Notes: generated from the letters alone by a model not told the origin. A stretch of 64,000 nt of DNA from an uncultured Methylococcaceae bacterium (GCA_903859815.1 CAIOOA010000303.1:4513-68512), one strand, 5' to 3'. Numbered from the stretch's first letter, positions 37,563 to 48,971 are shown. Translations and numbers: made by a program.

Positions 37563-40500
37563 ATGACCCTTCCAAACAGGAAGCCAATTTATTTCTGGGT
37601 GCTGCTGGCACTTGGCCCAGCCGATGTTTTCGCTGCTGGATGGGATTGCCTGCCCGGCGATGTTGGCAAAGACTGGGTTTGCGTCTCCGGCACGAGGAAA
37701 CCCACCGCGACTGGGCTTAACTCGAAAATTCCTTCAGCCTCGCCAAAAGCGGCTGATTCGAAAACCAGATCGGCCGAGGAACCGGAAAACTCAAGCAAGG
37801 AAACGGAATCGAGTCGATCCAAAACGGCAGGGCGTGCAAAGCCAGCCGAAACCGAGGACCAAGCCGACGAGTCTGAGCGCCAAGACGAAGAGGAATCGAC
37901 TGCCCCTGAACCGTCAAACCGCCAAACACCCGTAAAAAAAGCAGGGCTTGCCCCCAATACTCCGCCGCCAGCAAACAGCAACGGCTCAGCAACACCTGCA
38001 CCAGAAGGCTCGGTCACCACCAAATCAGGCTGGAATTGTCGGCCCTCAGCCGATAAAACTTGGGATTGCTCATTGTCTGGCCCTGACTCGCATGGCGAAG
38101 CCCATATTGTCGGAACCGGGGAAAGTCAGGCCGAAAGCTGGTCGCAATCCTCAGACATGACCCGTCAAGACGAACAGCGCTTCTCAAGAATCTTAGCGCG
38201 TATGCCTGCCGACCCGTGGGCATTAAGTTGTGGCAGACGCAATAATGAACATACGGTAAGCAGCGAATTCCTGCTGTCCGATGCAGACCGAACCTTGCGC
38301 GAAAAATCCCCTTTGCAAATCACAGCAGACCGCGCCGAATTGGTTCATGGCGAAGCCTCCAACTATCTGGGGGGGGCGGAACTGAAACGCGCCGATCAAA
38401 GCCTGTTTGGGGATTTTGTCACTCACAACAGCAAAGGTGGGGTCATCAACGCCAAGGGGGAGGTCATTTACCGCGAAAAGGGCTTGGCTTTAGCCGGCGA
38501 CACGGCCTTCATGAAGTTGAATTCTGACGAAGGCATATTGCGAAACTCACAATTCATCTTGGAAACCGTTCCCGCGCGCGGGACTTCCCGGGTGACTCAC
38601 ATCGACAGCAAAACCAAATCCCGGTACGAAACTGCCACCTATACGACCTGTCCACCCGGCGACCAAGACTGGATGCTGCATGCGTCGCATGTGACCCTAG
38701 ACAAAGATGCTGGCAGAGGAACCGCCAAAAATGCATGGCTGAAATTTAAGGGGGTGCCTTTTTTATATACCCCTTGGATGTCATTCCCCATTGATGATCG
38801 CCGCAAAAGCGGTTTTTTGGCACCTTATTTTGGCTACAGTAAATTAAATGGGTTCGATTTCACGCTGCCTTATTATCTAAACTTGGCACCCAATTATGAT
38901 TTGACCCTATTACCACGTGTTTTATCAGGCCGTGGCGAATTGCTGCGCTCCGATTTCCGTTACCTGACCGACTATGGCGCAGGCAGATTGTTTTTCGACA
39001 TTATGCCGTGGGATAGACAAGAACAAAAAACCCGTGGTCAAGTGGGTTGGATTAACCAAAGCCGGTTTAGTGAAAAAATCACTTCACAAATTGATTTGCA
39101 TTTGGTGTCTGACAACCTCTACATTCAACAGTTGGGCAATCTGTTGGCTATCAATAACAGCACTTTCCTACGCAGTTTTGCTACGCTGAATTACGGTGTT
39201 GGGGAACTATTTGGCGGTAGCTACACTGCCAATTTGATGGTGGATTATTATCAGAGCTTAGACCCAACCATCACTGACAAAAACCTTCCTTACCGCCGAA
39301 TGCCTCAGCTTAATTTAACCTATAACCGGGCCATTGGGGACACTGGCCTGCAATTCCAAAGTGCGGCAGAGATAACCCGTTTTGACCAACAATATTTGGT
39401 GAATGGGGAACGATTGAATCTACGTCCTCGCATCTATTATCCTTTCCGGGACGTGGCAGGCTACGTCACTCCAAGCCTTTCGCTGCAACATACTGAATAC
39501 TGGTTGCAAAATATAGGGCCGACTGAATCCAGCAATTTCTCTATGACAGCTCCCATTTTTTCGGTGGATAGTGGAGCGTATTTTGAAAATGATTTTAACC
39601 TTTTCGATTCTCCCATGCAGCAAACCCTGGAGCCTAGGTTATTTTATCTGTTTGTCCCCAAGGTTACCCAACCTTATGAATACAATCCAGGATACACCCT
39701 CGTCATTAACCCCTACACACAACTACCTATCTATGGGTATAATGGCTTAAATTTCGACTCAGCCGAATATGACTTCAACTTTTATCAGTTATTCCGCGAA
39801 AATCGGTTTGCCGGCGTGGATCGAATATCGGATGCCAATAATATCACCCCCGCTCTGACCACGCGGCTAATCAGTCAAAATTCGGGCTTGGAACGCCTTA
39901 AGGTGAGTGTCGGCAAAGTTTTCTACCTGAAAGACCCCCAAGTGGTTCTCAGCCCTGCTTATAACCCGCCCCCCCCTACTTACAAGAACAATATTGTGGG
40001 CGAAGTGTCTTCCATGCTGAGCGAACATTGGTCCCTACGCTCAACCACCCAATGGAACCCCTCCTTTAATAGGCTGGACCGGCAACAAGCTGTGCTGCAA
40101 TATAATAACTTCAACAATAACTTGTTGAACATTAGCTATCGATACCGCCGCGACCCCTACGATGGTTCAAACCCTCGTTATCCAGATAATGATTTCAACC
40201 CAAGAACCATCAACCAGACCGATATTTCCACCCGCTTACCCATTGGTTTGGGATGGTTTGCCATCGGGCGCTGGCAATATGACTTAGCCAGCAATGTGAC
40301 CGTGGAAGCCATGGCCGGCGTTGAAAAGGAAACGTGTTGTTGGCGCTTTAGTCTGATCGGATTGCGCTATGTTAACGGCGTGACCAGCAATAGTGGAACC
40401 TTGACCACCGTCACTGGCACGACTGTGGTCACTGCCAATGATACCACCGTCAATAATGCCGTCTTCTTCCAGTTTGAGCTAAAGGGCTTGGGTCGCTTTG

Positions 40501-40595
40501 GCGATCAAGTCGATACTCTGCTACTACAAAACTTTAGTGGATACCGGACGGACTATGAACTTCCCGGTATTTACCGACAAGCTGCGGCAAACTAA
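37563..40595 (+). CDS. lptD: LPS-assembly protein LptD with extended N-terminus
   Basis: About 1010 aa from the Met at 37563. Signal peptide. OstA-like N-domain and a large beta-barrel. Followed by surA-pdxA-rsmA. Confidence 0.9.
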   Translation: MTLPNRKPIYFWVLLALGPADVFAAGWDCLPGDVGKDWVCVSGTRKPTATGLNSKIPSASPKAADSKTRSAEEPENSSKETESSRSKTAGRAKPAETEDQADESERQDEEESTAPEPSNRQTPVKKAGLAPNTPPPANSNGSATPAPEGSVTTKSGWNCRPSADKTWDCSLSGPDSHGEAHIVGTGESQAESWSQSSDMTRQDEQRFSRILARMPADPWALSCGRRNNEHTVSSEFLLSDADRTLREKSPLQITADRAELVHGEASNYLGGAELKRADQSLFGDFVTHNSKGGVINAKGEVIYREKGLALAGDTAFMKLNSDEGILRNSQFILETVPARGTSRVTHIDSKTKSRYETATYTTCPPGDQDWMLHASHVTLDKDAGRGTAKNAWLKFKGVPFLYTPWMSFPIDDRRKSGFLAPYFGYSKLNGFDFTLPYYLNLAPNYDLTLLPRVLSGRGELLRSDFRYLTDYGAGRLFFDIMPWDRQEQKTRGQVGWINQSRFSEKITSQIDLHLVSDNLYIQQLGNLLAINNSTFLRSFATLNYGVGELFGGSYTANLMVDYYQSLDPTITDKNLPYRRMPQLNLTYNRAIGDTGLQFQSAAEITRFDQQYLVNGERLNLRPRIYYPFRDVAGYVTPSLSLQHTEYWLQNIGPTESSNFSMTAPIFSVDSGAYFENDFNLFDSPMQQTLEPRLFYLFVPKVTQPYEYNPGYTLVINPYTQLPIYGYNGLNFDSAEYDFNFYQLFRENRFAGVDRISDANNITPALTTRLISQNSGLERLKVSVGKVFYLKDPQVVLSPAYNPPPPTYKNNIVGEVSSMLSEHWSLRSTTQWNPSFNRLDRQQAVLQYNNFNNNLLNISYRYRRDPYDGSNPRYPDNDFNPRTINQTDISTRLPIGLGWFAIGRWQYDLASNVTVEAMAGVEKETCCWRFSLIGLRYVNGVTSNSGTLTTVTGTTVVTANDTTVNNAVFFQFELKGLGRFGDQVDTLLLQNFSGYRTDYELPGIYRQAAAN

Positions 40596-41944
40596 TGAAT
40601 CTAGTTTATCTATCGACAAAATTGAATAGGCACAAAATAAATTTTGTGTTACTGGCTACCCTGCAACTCTGCGGCTTCTGGCTTGCGCTTACCCTAAGCG
40701 AGGCTAGGGCTGCTGCGGGCGGAACGCAAAATGTGGACCAGATTGTCGCTGTGGTCGAGGATGGTGTCATCACGGCAGGCGAGTTAGGTGAAAAGGTCGC
40801 CATGATTAAGAAAGGACTCAGGCAGAACAATACCACGGTACCACCCGACAAAGTCCTGATAAAGCAGGTGTTGGAAAGGATGATCATTGACAAGATTCAA
40901 TTGCAGCTTGCCGAAAAGGCAGGGATTAAAGTAGACGAGGAAACCCTTCGCGCTGCCGTCAAGCAAATCGCCGAACGCAACAACTTAACGGTGGATGAAT
41001 TTCGCCGATCACTGATGGCGGAGGGAATCGTTTATGCAGAATTTGCAGAACAAATCCGCACCGAAATCACCCTCAACCGTTTGCGCTCCAACCAAGTCAA
41101 CAGCCAAATCAAAGTCAGTGACCGGGAAATCGAAAACCACCTGAAATCCCAAACCAGCCACTCGGGTAATGTCGATACCGAATACCTGTTAGGCCACATT
41201 CTGATCTCCACCCCTCAAGCGGCCTCCACTAGCGATGTGCAAAGTGCCAAGGAGAAGGCCGACAATCTGATCGCAGAAATCAAAAAGGGCTTGGACTTCA
41301 AACAAGCCGCATTGGGTTCGTCGGACGATGAACATGCCCTAAAAGGTGGCGATCTTGGCTGGCGTAAAAAAAGCCAAATCCCGGCTGTTTTCACCGATTA
41401 TGTTGACAAAATGAAGGAAGGCGACATCGAGGGCCCAATCCGCAGTTCCAGCGGTTTCCATATCATCAAAATGCTCGGACTCAAGCGGGCGGGCGGGGTC
41501 ACCATTACGAAAACCCGGGTCCGCCATATCCTCATCAAGCCCACTGAGGTCATCACTGACGAGGAAGCCAAAGAAAAACTGCTTTCCCTGCGCCATCGAA
41601 TTGAGGGTGGCGAGGATTTTGCCGAAATTGCCCGGGGAAACTCCGACGACAAAGGCTCGGCGGTCAAAGGAGGCGAACTCGGCTGGGTGCAACCGGGAGC
41701 CTTGGTTCCCCCCTTCGAGCAAGCCATGGAGAGCTTGAAACCCAACGAACTCAGTGATCTGGTGCAAACGCAATTTGGCTGGCATTTGATTCAAGTGCTT
41801 GAGCGTCAGGAAACCAACGATATGGGCGAGATCGAAAAAAGCAAAGCGAGGGAGGAAATCTTCAAGCGCAAAGTGGAGGAGGAAACCGAGCTTTGGCTAC
41901 GCAAAATCAGGGATGAAGCCTACGTAGAGATACGCTTGGATTGA
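40595..41944 (+). CDS. surA: periplasmic chaperone/PPIase SurA
   Basis: 449 aa. SurA N-domain plus two parvulin domains ([16 protein letters not shown]). Confidence 0.92.
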   Translation: MNLVYLSTKLNRHKINFVLLATLQLCGFWLALTLSEARAAAGGTQNVDQIVAVVEDGVITAGELGEKVAMIKKGLRQNNTTVPPDKVLIKQVLERMIIDKIQLQLAEKAGIKVDEETLRAAVKQIAERNNLTVDEFRRSLMAEGIVYAEFAEQIRTEITLNRLRSNQVNSQIKVSDREIENHLKSQTSHSGNVDTEYLLGHILISTPQAASTSDVQSAKEKADNLIAEIKKGLDFKQAALGSSDDEHALKGGDLGWRKKSQIPAVFTDYVDKMKEGDIEGPIRSSSGFHIIKMLGLKRAGGVTITKTRVRHILIKPTEVITDEEAKEKLLSLRHRIEGGEDFAEIARGNSDDKGSAVKGGELGWVQPGALVPPFEQAMESLKPNELSDLVQTQFGWHLIQVLERQETNDMGEIEKSKAREEIFKRKVEEETELWLRKIRDEAYVEIRLD

Positions 41945-41972
41945 ATCATTCGCTAGTCGCATTCGCATCATT

Positions 41973-43016
41973 ATGACAGCTTCCTTGCCCACTCGCATTC
42001 TGCTTAGTGCAGGGGAACCGGCTGGCATTGGACCTGACTTATGCGTGATGATCGCGCAAATGCCGCTGCCCTGTGCATTGACGGTAGTGGCTGACCCTCA
42101 GGTTCTGACCAGCCGTGCCGCGAAACTCGGCATTGAATTAGCTTTGACTTGCGTGAATGCAACGGATTCGCCGCAATTGCACCAACCTGGTCAGTTGCAG
42201 GTCTTGCCGGTTCTGTGCCCTTCGCCCACAACCTGCGGCGAATTGGATCAGGCCAATGCCCTGGCCGTGCTGGACACCATCGCCACCGGGATAAGGGCTT
42301 GCCTAACCGGGCATTATGATGCGCTAGTGACCGCGCCTGTCCACAAAGGCATCATCAACGAGGCAGGTTTTGCTTTCACCGGACACACCGAATTCATCGC
42401 CGACATCACAGGCGGACACCCGGTCATGATGCTGGCAACCGAGGGTTTGAGAGTCGCCTTGGCGACCACCCACTTGCCATTAAAAGACGTGAGCGCCGCC
42501 ATCACGGCAGACAGGCTCACGACCGTCATTAAAATATTGCACCACGATCTACAACATCGTTTTGGCATTTTAACCCCAAGGATTTTGGTTTGCGGGCTGA
42601 ACCCCCATGCCGGTGAAGGAGGTCATCTAGGCCGGGAGGAAATCGATGTCATCAACCCGGTTTTGGACGCACTGAGGCAAGAAGGCATGGACTTGCTTGG
42701 ACCCTTGCCCGCCGACACCTTATTCTTACCCAAATATCTGGACCAAGCCGACGCGGTGTTAGCCATGTACCATGACCAAGGGCTTCCTGTCCTGAAACAC
42801 ATGGGCTTTGGACGGGCGGTCAATATCACCCTTGGGCTTCCCATCATCCGCACCTCGGTGGATCATGGCACGGCCCTCGATTTGGCCGGAACCGGGCGGA
42901 TTGACATCGGCAGCTTGGAAACCGCCATTCATGCCGCCATTGATATGGGCCGATGCGCTCGCTCCCTGCCGAAAGACCGACCCGGTTTGCAAAGTCGGTC
43001 ACAAAGTCCACATTGA
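41973..43016 (+). CDS. pdxA: 4-hydroxythreonine-4-phosphate dehydrogenase
   Basis: 347 aa. [16 protein letters not shown] and [10 protein letters not shown] motifs. Confidence 0.93.
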   Translation: MTASLPTRILLSAGEPAGIGPDLCVMIAQMPLPCALTVVADPQVLTSRAAKLGIELALTCVNATDSPQLHQPGQLQVLPVLCPSPTTCGELDQANALAVLDTIATGIRACLTGHYDALVTAPVHKGIINEAGFAFTGHTEFIADITGGHPVMMLATEGLRVALATTHLPLKDVSAAITADRLTTVIKILHHDLQHRFGILTPRILVCGLNPHAGEGGHLGREEIDVINPVLDALRQEGMDLLGPLPADTLFLPKYLDQADAVLAMYHDQGLPVLKHMGFGRAVNITLGLPIIRTSVDHGTALDLAGTGRIDIGSLETAIHAAIDMGRCARSLPKDRPGLQSRSQSPH

Positions 43017-43025
43017 AGGATAAGT

Positions 43026-43823
43026 TTGATGGGCCATCAACCGCGTAAGCGTTTCGGGCAGAATTTCCTTGTGGATGATCGTGTGGTATACGCCATCGTA
43101 TCGGCCATCTCCCCGCGCAATGACGAGCATCTGGTTGAAATTGGGCCGGGACAAGGGGCATTGACATTGCGCTTATTGCGCGAATGTGCTCAATTGGACG
43201 TGATTGAACTGGATCGGGATTTGGTCAGCTTGCTACAGAAGAAATTCGCCCATGAGGAAAAGCTTCACATCCATTCGGGCGATGCGATGAAGTTCGACTA
43301 TGCCAGCCTTGCCGAAGCTGGCCCATTAAGAGTAATTGGCAACCTACCCTATAACATCTCCACACCCTTGTTGTTTCATCTGTTTGAATACAGCCACGTG
43401 ATCAAGGACATGCACTTCATGCTGCAAAAGGAAGTGGTGGATCGCTTGTGCGCCCAAGCCGGCGACAAAGACTATGGACGCCTAGGCGTGATGGCGAGTT
43501 ATTATTGCAGCATGGAATCCCTGTTGGACGTCTATCCTGAGAGTTTCAACCCTAGACCTAAGATCATTTCCTCCGTCGTGCGCCTTGTCCCGCATCGACA
43601 AAAGCCCGTCGCACTCCCGCATGAAGTGTTAAACCGCGTCGTCACCGCCGCCTTTTCACAACGTCGCAAGACCCTGCGCAATTCCTTGAACACCCTGCTG
43701 ACCGCCGATGACATTGCCAGCGTGGGCATAGAACCAGGTGAACGGGCGGAGCGATTGAGCTTGGCCGATTTTGCCAAACTTGGGGAATTGCTGTTGGAAC
43801 GGGAAAACCGAAGGTCGGAGTAA
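43026..43823 (+). CDS. rsmA: 16S rRNA (adenine1518/1519-N6)-dimethyltransferase
   Basis: 265 aa. KRFGQNFL, EIGPGQGALT and GNLPYNISTP motifs. Confidence 0.94.
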   Translation: MMGHQPRKRFGQNFLVDDRVVYAIVSAISPRNDEHLVEIGPGQGALTLRLLRECAQLDVIELDRDLVSLLQKKFAHEEKLHIHSGDAMKFDYASLAEAGPLRVIGNLPYNISTPLLFHLFEYSHVIKDMHFMLQKEVVDRLCAQAGDKDYGRLGVMASYYCSMESLLDVYPESFNPRPKIISSVVRLVPHRQKPVALPHEVLNRVVTAAFSQRRKTLRNSLNTLLTADDIASVGIEPGERAERLSLADFAKLGELLLERENRRSE

Positions 43824-44104
43824 TTCGGTAGTTTTTAAATTTATTCGAGTTGTATGCTGGCTCGGTAGAATACACCCGTTTTTTCCCAAACTGTCACCCA
43901 TTATCCAAAGAATATATGAATACTCAACAGTGGATTTCCCAATTGTTTGCAACGATAGACAAAAAAGATTCAGTTAAATTTAAAACCTTCCATATGGATT
44001 CCTCGCGCTGATTGCTATAACGCAACAACTGATTGATAGCTTGGCCTACAGGCGACTCAATGCTGGGGCTTTTGAACTCCGCCTAGCCAAAAAAATATCC
44101 CGAA

Positions 44105-47100
44105 CTAATGATAAACCACTGCGCCCTTAGTATTCCTATTGGAAGCAAACAAATGCGCAAATACCAAGTCTGCTTTGTATTCGATTTCATCGTTTGAATA
44201 AGATTCCGGCGGCAGATTCATTAATAAATGGTCGATGATGCTGATTTTGACTTTGGCTTGGGCGCTGGCTTTTTCACGCCAATGATCGATTTCCCGCATC
44301 AAACTATCGAGTTTTTCCGACAATTCCACGGCGACTTTCTTGATTTTTTCCTGTTCACCCGGCTTAAGCTTGTCTTTGGTCAACAAATCGAAGACGGCAA
44401 GTTGTGCTTCGCTCCCCAAGCCTGCGCGGATATAGCGCCGCTCTTCATGGTCGAGTTCGCCCTCGAATTTCCTGAGTTTATCGAAAACTTGCTGAATGGC
44501 GACTGCATCCTTGTCCTGATTATAGGCTTTGACGATGTTCAAATAGCGCTCGTAAAGGTTTACCCGAGTGGGGTTGGCAGCAATCATGGCTTGCAATCGT
44601 TGCTCAAGCTTTTCGCGCAAACTCAGCGCTTTTAAATGATGGCAATTGCGTTCAAACTCGGCTTGCAGCCTGGAGAAATCAAAATTCGTGAGATCATAAC
44701 GTGCATGTTTCTTCACGGCTTTATCTTCGAGCGTCATGCCCACCGCAGTATCCACGAGTTGGTATAAGGACTTTAGCATGGCGGTAATATCCTTGGCAGT
44801 GCGAACTTTTTGAATACCTCGATTCAAGGCATTCAACGCAGATTCCTCCGGGTCATACTCAAACAAACCGGGGTCAGGAAAAAGGCCCAAGCGACGAGTT
44901 TGAATATCGGCAAGCAATAGCTCATAGGTTTTGCGGCTCTCGTCAGTGCGACAGAGCGCATTAGCCCCCAATAGGATCAGATGCTGTTTTTCCTCGCCCT
45001 TAGCTTGCATCAAATCAAACAAATCAAACCCCAAATCGGACAAATGCTGTTTGGCGAGTCGAATACTGTCTGCATATTCCGCCAATGCCTCGGAATTATC
45101 GAGCAGAGTTTTTTCTTCGTCGCCCTCCCCTTCCTTACCGATTCGGTTTCCCTTGGCAAAGGTCGCCAGCGCCCTGCGCAAGCTTTTTAACATCCCGTTA
45201 TAATCGATAATCAAACCATTATGCTTGCCCTGATAAACCCTATTGGCACGGGCAATGGCTTGCATCAAAGTATGCCCCCGCAAGGGTTTATCCAAATAGA
45301 GGGTAGACAAACATTTCACATCAAACCCCGTCAGCCACATCGCGCAGACAATGGCAACGCGGAAGGGATTCTCGGGCTTTTTGAATTCCAATTCCAATTT
45401 ACGCTTGACCATTTTCTCCCGGTGCTTTTCGATGTCAAGCCCCCATTGCTTGAATTCCTCCACTTCGCCTTGCTCGGGGGAAATCACCACGCAAAACTCC
45501 GTCGTTTTCATCCACTCGACTTGAACCCGCAACTGCTGCAAATCTTCATCCGGGGTACTGCCCAATTCCGCATAGCGGGTTTCCTCGACAATCACCCAAG
45601 TTTCCAATTCTTCGATTTTTTTATTCCATTTATCCTCAATGAGTTCAAACATCTTCACGCAAGTAATTTTATCCAAGCAGACGAATAACGCCTTGCCGGT
45701 TTGATAGCGTTGGTGATAATGGTTGACGAAATCCTGCGCCACTTTTTCTAAGCGCTTCGGCGAAGTCAGTATGGGATAATCACGGGCCAATTTCCGATAA
45801 AGCCTTTCCTCTTGTACTTCGTCCAATTCACCGCGTTCCTTGGCGGCATCAATCCGTTTAGTGATGCGCTCGTTAATCGCAGGGTCCACCAGGTGCAAAC
45901 TTTCCCCCCGGCTTTCATAATACAAGGGCAAAGTTGCCCCATCCGCCACCGCCCGTTGAAAATCATAAATCGACACATAATCGCCGAATATCTCCCTCGT
46001 CAATTGCTTGTCTTGATTTTCAATTAACGGCGTTCCGGTGAAACCAATGAATTTGGCATTCGGCAGGGCTTTGCGCATATTCAAAGCCAAGCGACCATAT
46101 TGGGTCCGATGCGCTTCATCGGAAATCACAATAATATCGTCGCGTGTACTATAAGGTGTGGCTGGCGGAGAGTGGAATTTATGAATCAGGCTGAAAACAT
46201 AGCGATGGTCTTGCCTCAGCAAACTTTCCAAGCCCCTGCCATTGCGAGCTTGAGCGCGTTTGTCAGTGGATGCGCCCACGCAGGAAAATGTGCGGAAAAT
46301 TTGACCATCCAACTCGCTGCGGTCGGTCATCACCAGAAAGGTATATTGTGCGGACAGTTTGCGATGAATTTTTTCGCTCAAAAAAGCCATCGAATACGAT
46401 TTACCCGAACCCTGCGTATGCCAGAACACCCCTAACCTGCCCTTCTCCATATCCTGCTTGATTTCGGGATCATCCGACACCAAGCGGTTAACCACCCGGT
46501 TCACGCCTAGGAATTGATGATTGCGCGCGATGATTTTCTGCACCTCGTCTTCGCTGCGATCAAACAAAATAAAGTTTTCCACCAAGTCCAGCAACTGGGT
46601 TTTGTCCAACATTCCACGCAATAATACTGGCAGCAAAGGCTGGTCTTTCTTTGGTTCCGGGTCGTCTTCATCCAATCTCTTCCAACGGGAAAAATGCTCC
46701 CATGGCGTGGTAATCGAACCATAAAGCCCGTCCAAGCCATTGGAAAGAATAGCAAAGGCATTCCAATGGAACAACTGCGGAATGGTATCTTTATAATCGC
46801 TGAAATTGCCGTCAAAAGCGCTGCGAATATCCTTGTCAAAGCGCTTCAATTCGATGAACACCAAGGGCAAACCATTGACGAAACCGACCAGATCGGCCCG
46901 GCGTCGCCACAAGCGGCCTTGCACCCATAACTCCCGCACCACTAAATAGCGATTATTGCCGGGTTCGTCAAAATCCAGCAAGCGCAAGCGTTTTTCAATC
47001 ATCCTGCCGTCGGAATCGCGCAGTGTAATCGGAATGCCATGCTTGAGCAGTTCATATTTTTCCTCGTTGGCTTGCAGCAAGGTCTTGGCAGTGTCAATCT

Positions 47101-47344
47101 GCATGACTTGAACAAGAGCCTCATGATAAGCCTCTTCCGGCAAGCCGGGGTTTAGTCTGCGCAAAGCCGCATCAACATCCCGCCTTAATACCGTTTCCCG
47201 ATCAGACAATCGCCCCAACAAACTATCCGCCCCGAAGGTTTCCTTATCGAAAGCAAACACCGAATCCCAATGCAATTCCTTTTCCAATAACTCGGCGGCG
47301 GGTAGCTGGATGAGTTGGTCTTCGGAATAATCCTTGCGCGTCAT
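44105..47344 (-). CDS. hsdR: type I restriction enzyme R subunit
   Basis: 1079 aa. Helicase motif I WHTQGSGKSYSM, DEAH box VISDEAHRTQYG, long C-terminal helical region. The ORF is uninterrupted. Confidence 0.92.
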   Translation of the reverse strand: MTRKDYSEDQLIQLPAAELLEKELHWDSVFAFDKETFGADSLLGRLSDRETVLRRDVDAALRRLNPGLPEEAYHEALVQVMQIDTAKTLLQANEEKYELLKHGIPITLRDSDGRMIEKRLRLLDFDEPGNNRYLVVRELWVQGRLWRRRADLVGFVNGLPLVFIELKRFDKDIRSAFDGNFSDYKDTIPQLFHWNAFAILSNGLDGLYGSITTPWEHFSRWKRLDEDDPEPKKDQPLLPVLLRGMLDKTQLLDLVENFILFDRSEDEVQKIIARNHQFLGVNRVVNRLVSDDPEIKQDMEKGRLGVFWHTQGSGKSYSMAFLSEKIHRKLSAQYTFLVMTDRSELDGQIFRTFSCVGASTDKRAQARNGRGLESLLRQDHRYVFSLIHKFHSPPATPYSTRDDIIVISDEAHRTQYGRLALNMRKALPNAKFIGFTGTPLIENQDKQLTREIFGDYVSIYDFQRAVADGATLPLYYESRGESLHLVDPAINERITKRIDAAKERGELDEVQEERLYRKLARDYPILTSPKRLEKVAQDFVNHYHQRYQTGKALFVCLDKITCVKMFELIEDKWNKKIEELETWVIVEETRYAELGSTPDEDLQQLRVQVEWMKTTEFCVVISPEQGEVEEFKQWGLDIEKHREKMVKRKLELEFKKPENPFRVAIVCAMWLTGFDVKCLSTLYLDKPLRGHTLMQAIARANRVYQGKHNGLIIDYNGMLKSLRRALATFAKGNRIGKEGEGDEEKTLLDNSEALAEYADSIRLAKQHLSDLGFDLFDLMQAKGEEKQHLILLGANALCRTDESRKTYELLLADIQTRRLGLFPDPGLFEYDPEESALNALNRGIQKVRTAKDITAMLKSLYQLVDTAVGMTLEDKAVKKHARYDLTNFDFSRLQAEFERNCHHLKALSLREKLEQRLQAMIAANPTRVNLYERYLNIVKAYNQDKDAVAIQQVFDKLRKFEGELDHEERRYIRAGLGSEAQLAVFDLLTKDKLKPGEQEKIKKVAVELSEKLDSLMREIDHWREKASAQAKVKISIIDHLLMNLPPESYSNDEIEYKADLVFAHLFASNRNTKGAVVYH

Positions 47345-47400
47345 GAATGAATGCCCTAGCGTTGAGTCAGTTGCAAATTAGGATTATAGCCTTATGAAGT

Positions 47401-47590
47401 CAGTAATTCTCAGTTTGGCAACAAAAGGTTTCACGCAACGGCGCAACGAAGAGCCGCATTACGCAGTAATTCTCGGTTTGGCGTAAAGTCTTGGAGGTTC
47501 TGGCATCTCGCAACAAAAGGTTTCACGCAACGGCGTAACGAAGAGTCGCTTTACGTTGCGCCGTTGCGTCGTTGCGTGAGGTTTTCTTTT
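47401..47590. repeat. REP-like cluster: two direct copies plus one inverted copy of AAAAGGTTTCACGCAACGGCG(C/T)AACGAAGAG
   Basis: CAGTAATTCTC(A/G)GTTTGGC...AAAAGGTTTCACGCAACGGCG.AACGAAGAG occurs at about 47401 and about 47464. 47556-47585 is the inverted complement, giving a long hairpin. A related copy (GCGGCGTAACGAAGAG) lies at about 49277. Confidence 0.7.
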
Positions 47591-47659
47591 GGGACGATGA
47601 CATCACAATGCCTAAGTCATAGTTCTTCAGGTCATAATGTGAATTGCTGCCAAGCCAAT

Positions 47660-47716
47660 GGGCTACCTTGCCGATTTGTCCGGCATTCCCTTTGGCGGAA
47701 TGACGAGCCGGTTTCC
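47660..47716. repeat. REP-like element, copy A (directly repeated at 49164-49214)
   Basis: GGCTACCTTGCCGATTTGTCCGGCATTCC...GGAATGACG compared with GGCTATCCTGCCGATTTGCCCGGCATCCATGCCGGTATGACGG. Both copies are in the same orientation and they bracket hsdS. Confidence 0.7.
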
Positions 47717-47717
47717 T

Positions 47718-48971
47718 TCATGCGATTGATCTGATTTGACTGACATCTAATGCACCGGACATCAGCTTGGGGAGAAGCAGGTCGCGGGATTGTGCAAGTT
47801 GCATGTTCATTTCATGGAGATATATCCGTTGCCAAAGTAAATCATTTAGATATTTTAAACAAACATCTAATCCCCTAGGAATTAGCAAATTAATTTCTTT
47901 TAAATGCTTTGTTCCTAAATGCGCCACCGTTGCACCTTGAATTGTAGATTCATAATACTTAATTGGCTCAATTAGAGCAAGACTAACAAAAGCAAGTAAT
48001 ATTTCAACTTTTGGCCTGAATTTACAAACACGCTGAACCAGATAACCTGTTTTACCAGCCCAATTATTCATATGAAAAATTCCATCCATACCTATTAATA
48101 AATCTCCTCTTCTAACTAAATAGGATTCATCTATCTCTTCGATTGTATATGTATTTGATTTCATTTCAGGAATATCGCGTATTCTTATAATTTGCGTCCC
48201 TATTCCTTCGCAATTAAATAGATTAGCTTTGAATGGATAGCCATAAGTTACATCGCAAACTTCAAATAAATTGGCTTTCCTCCACCCCTCCGGCACTCCG
48301 TCTTTGATCGGCACGGTTTCATGCCCCGGAAAGCGTAGATTGACGAACCATTCGCGGTAGAGCAAGCGGGCGGATTCTTCCAGTAATTGAATGCGGCGTT
48401 GATTTGTTTTGATTAAATGGTCATAAGAAAGCAATATTTCTGCAATTTTGGCTTGAGTCTTTACGTCGGGGGCACGCACCATAACACGATAGATTCTTTC
48501 CGGTGCGGTATGTCTCACCTTAGTACCCGAAGCACTACCATTAATCTGATTACGGACTAAACTGGAGTTGAACAGAAAATATAAAAATAACTTATCCAAT
48601 AAATTGGTGTCGATATGATCGACTAAACCCAATCGTTGATTGTGAAGATAGCGGTTTTCTGAGGGTATAAGAGCCGAGCTTCCCAGTAATCCTGGCCCCT
48701 GTTCTGTCATAGCAATGATTAAACTACCTTTTTCTAAAATAAATGCCTTTGGAAAATCGCTAGTATAATAACGTTCTTTATCTGGGCGAATACGAAATCC
48801 ACCTTCTTCAAAAAAATTTCCCGGTGTTAGAACAATATAATCACCCTTATCTGAAAAAAATTCACCTTTAAAAGCATAGCCATGCTTTATATGAATTGCA
48901 TTTCCAAGAGCAAACTCATTCCATATCATGCCTAAATAAACCTTTAAATAATTTGTATTGATCGTCCCCAA
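47718..48971 (-). CDS. hsdS: type I restriction-modification specificity subunit
   Basis: 417 aa. Two AT-rich target-recognition halves. Conserved central spacer (RRIQLLEESARLLYREWFVNLRFPGHE) and C-terminal LLLPKLMSGALDVS. Confidence 0.88.
   Translation of the reverse strand: MGTINTNYLKVYLGMIWNEFALGNAIHIKHGYAFKGEFFSDKGDYIVLTPGNFFEEGGFRIRPDKERYYTSDFPKAFILEKGSLIIAMTEQGPGLLGSSALIPSENRYLHNQRLGLVDHIDTNLLDKLFLYFLFNSSLVRNQINGSASGTKVRHTAPERIYRVMVRAPDVKTQAKIAEILLSYDHLIKTNQRRIQLLEESARLLYREWFVNLRFPGHETVPIKDGVPEGWRKANLFEVCDVTYGYPFKANLFNCEGIGTQIIRIRDIPEMKSNTYTIEEIDESYLVRRGDLLIGMDGIFHMNNWAGKTGYLVQRVCKFRPKVEILLAFVSLALIEPIKYYESTIQGATVAHLGTKHLKEINLLIPRGLDVCLKYLNDLLWQRIYLHEMNMQLAQSRDLLLPKLMSGALDVSQIRSIA

Noticed and set aside
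37589-38223. Several ORFs of 69-144 aa overlapping the 5' part of lptD.
   Set aside because: They lie in the low-complexity linker-coding region of lptD, where any frame stays open. No independent support exists.
43916-44011. Short ORF MNTQQWISQLFATIDKKDSVKFKTFHMDSSR, reminiscent of the N-terminus of SnoaL/NTF2-like proteins.
   Set aside because: At 31 codons it is far shorter than the ~120-130 aa I would expect of that fold. At best it is a gene remnant at the island border, and the evidence is not enough to call a feature.
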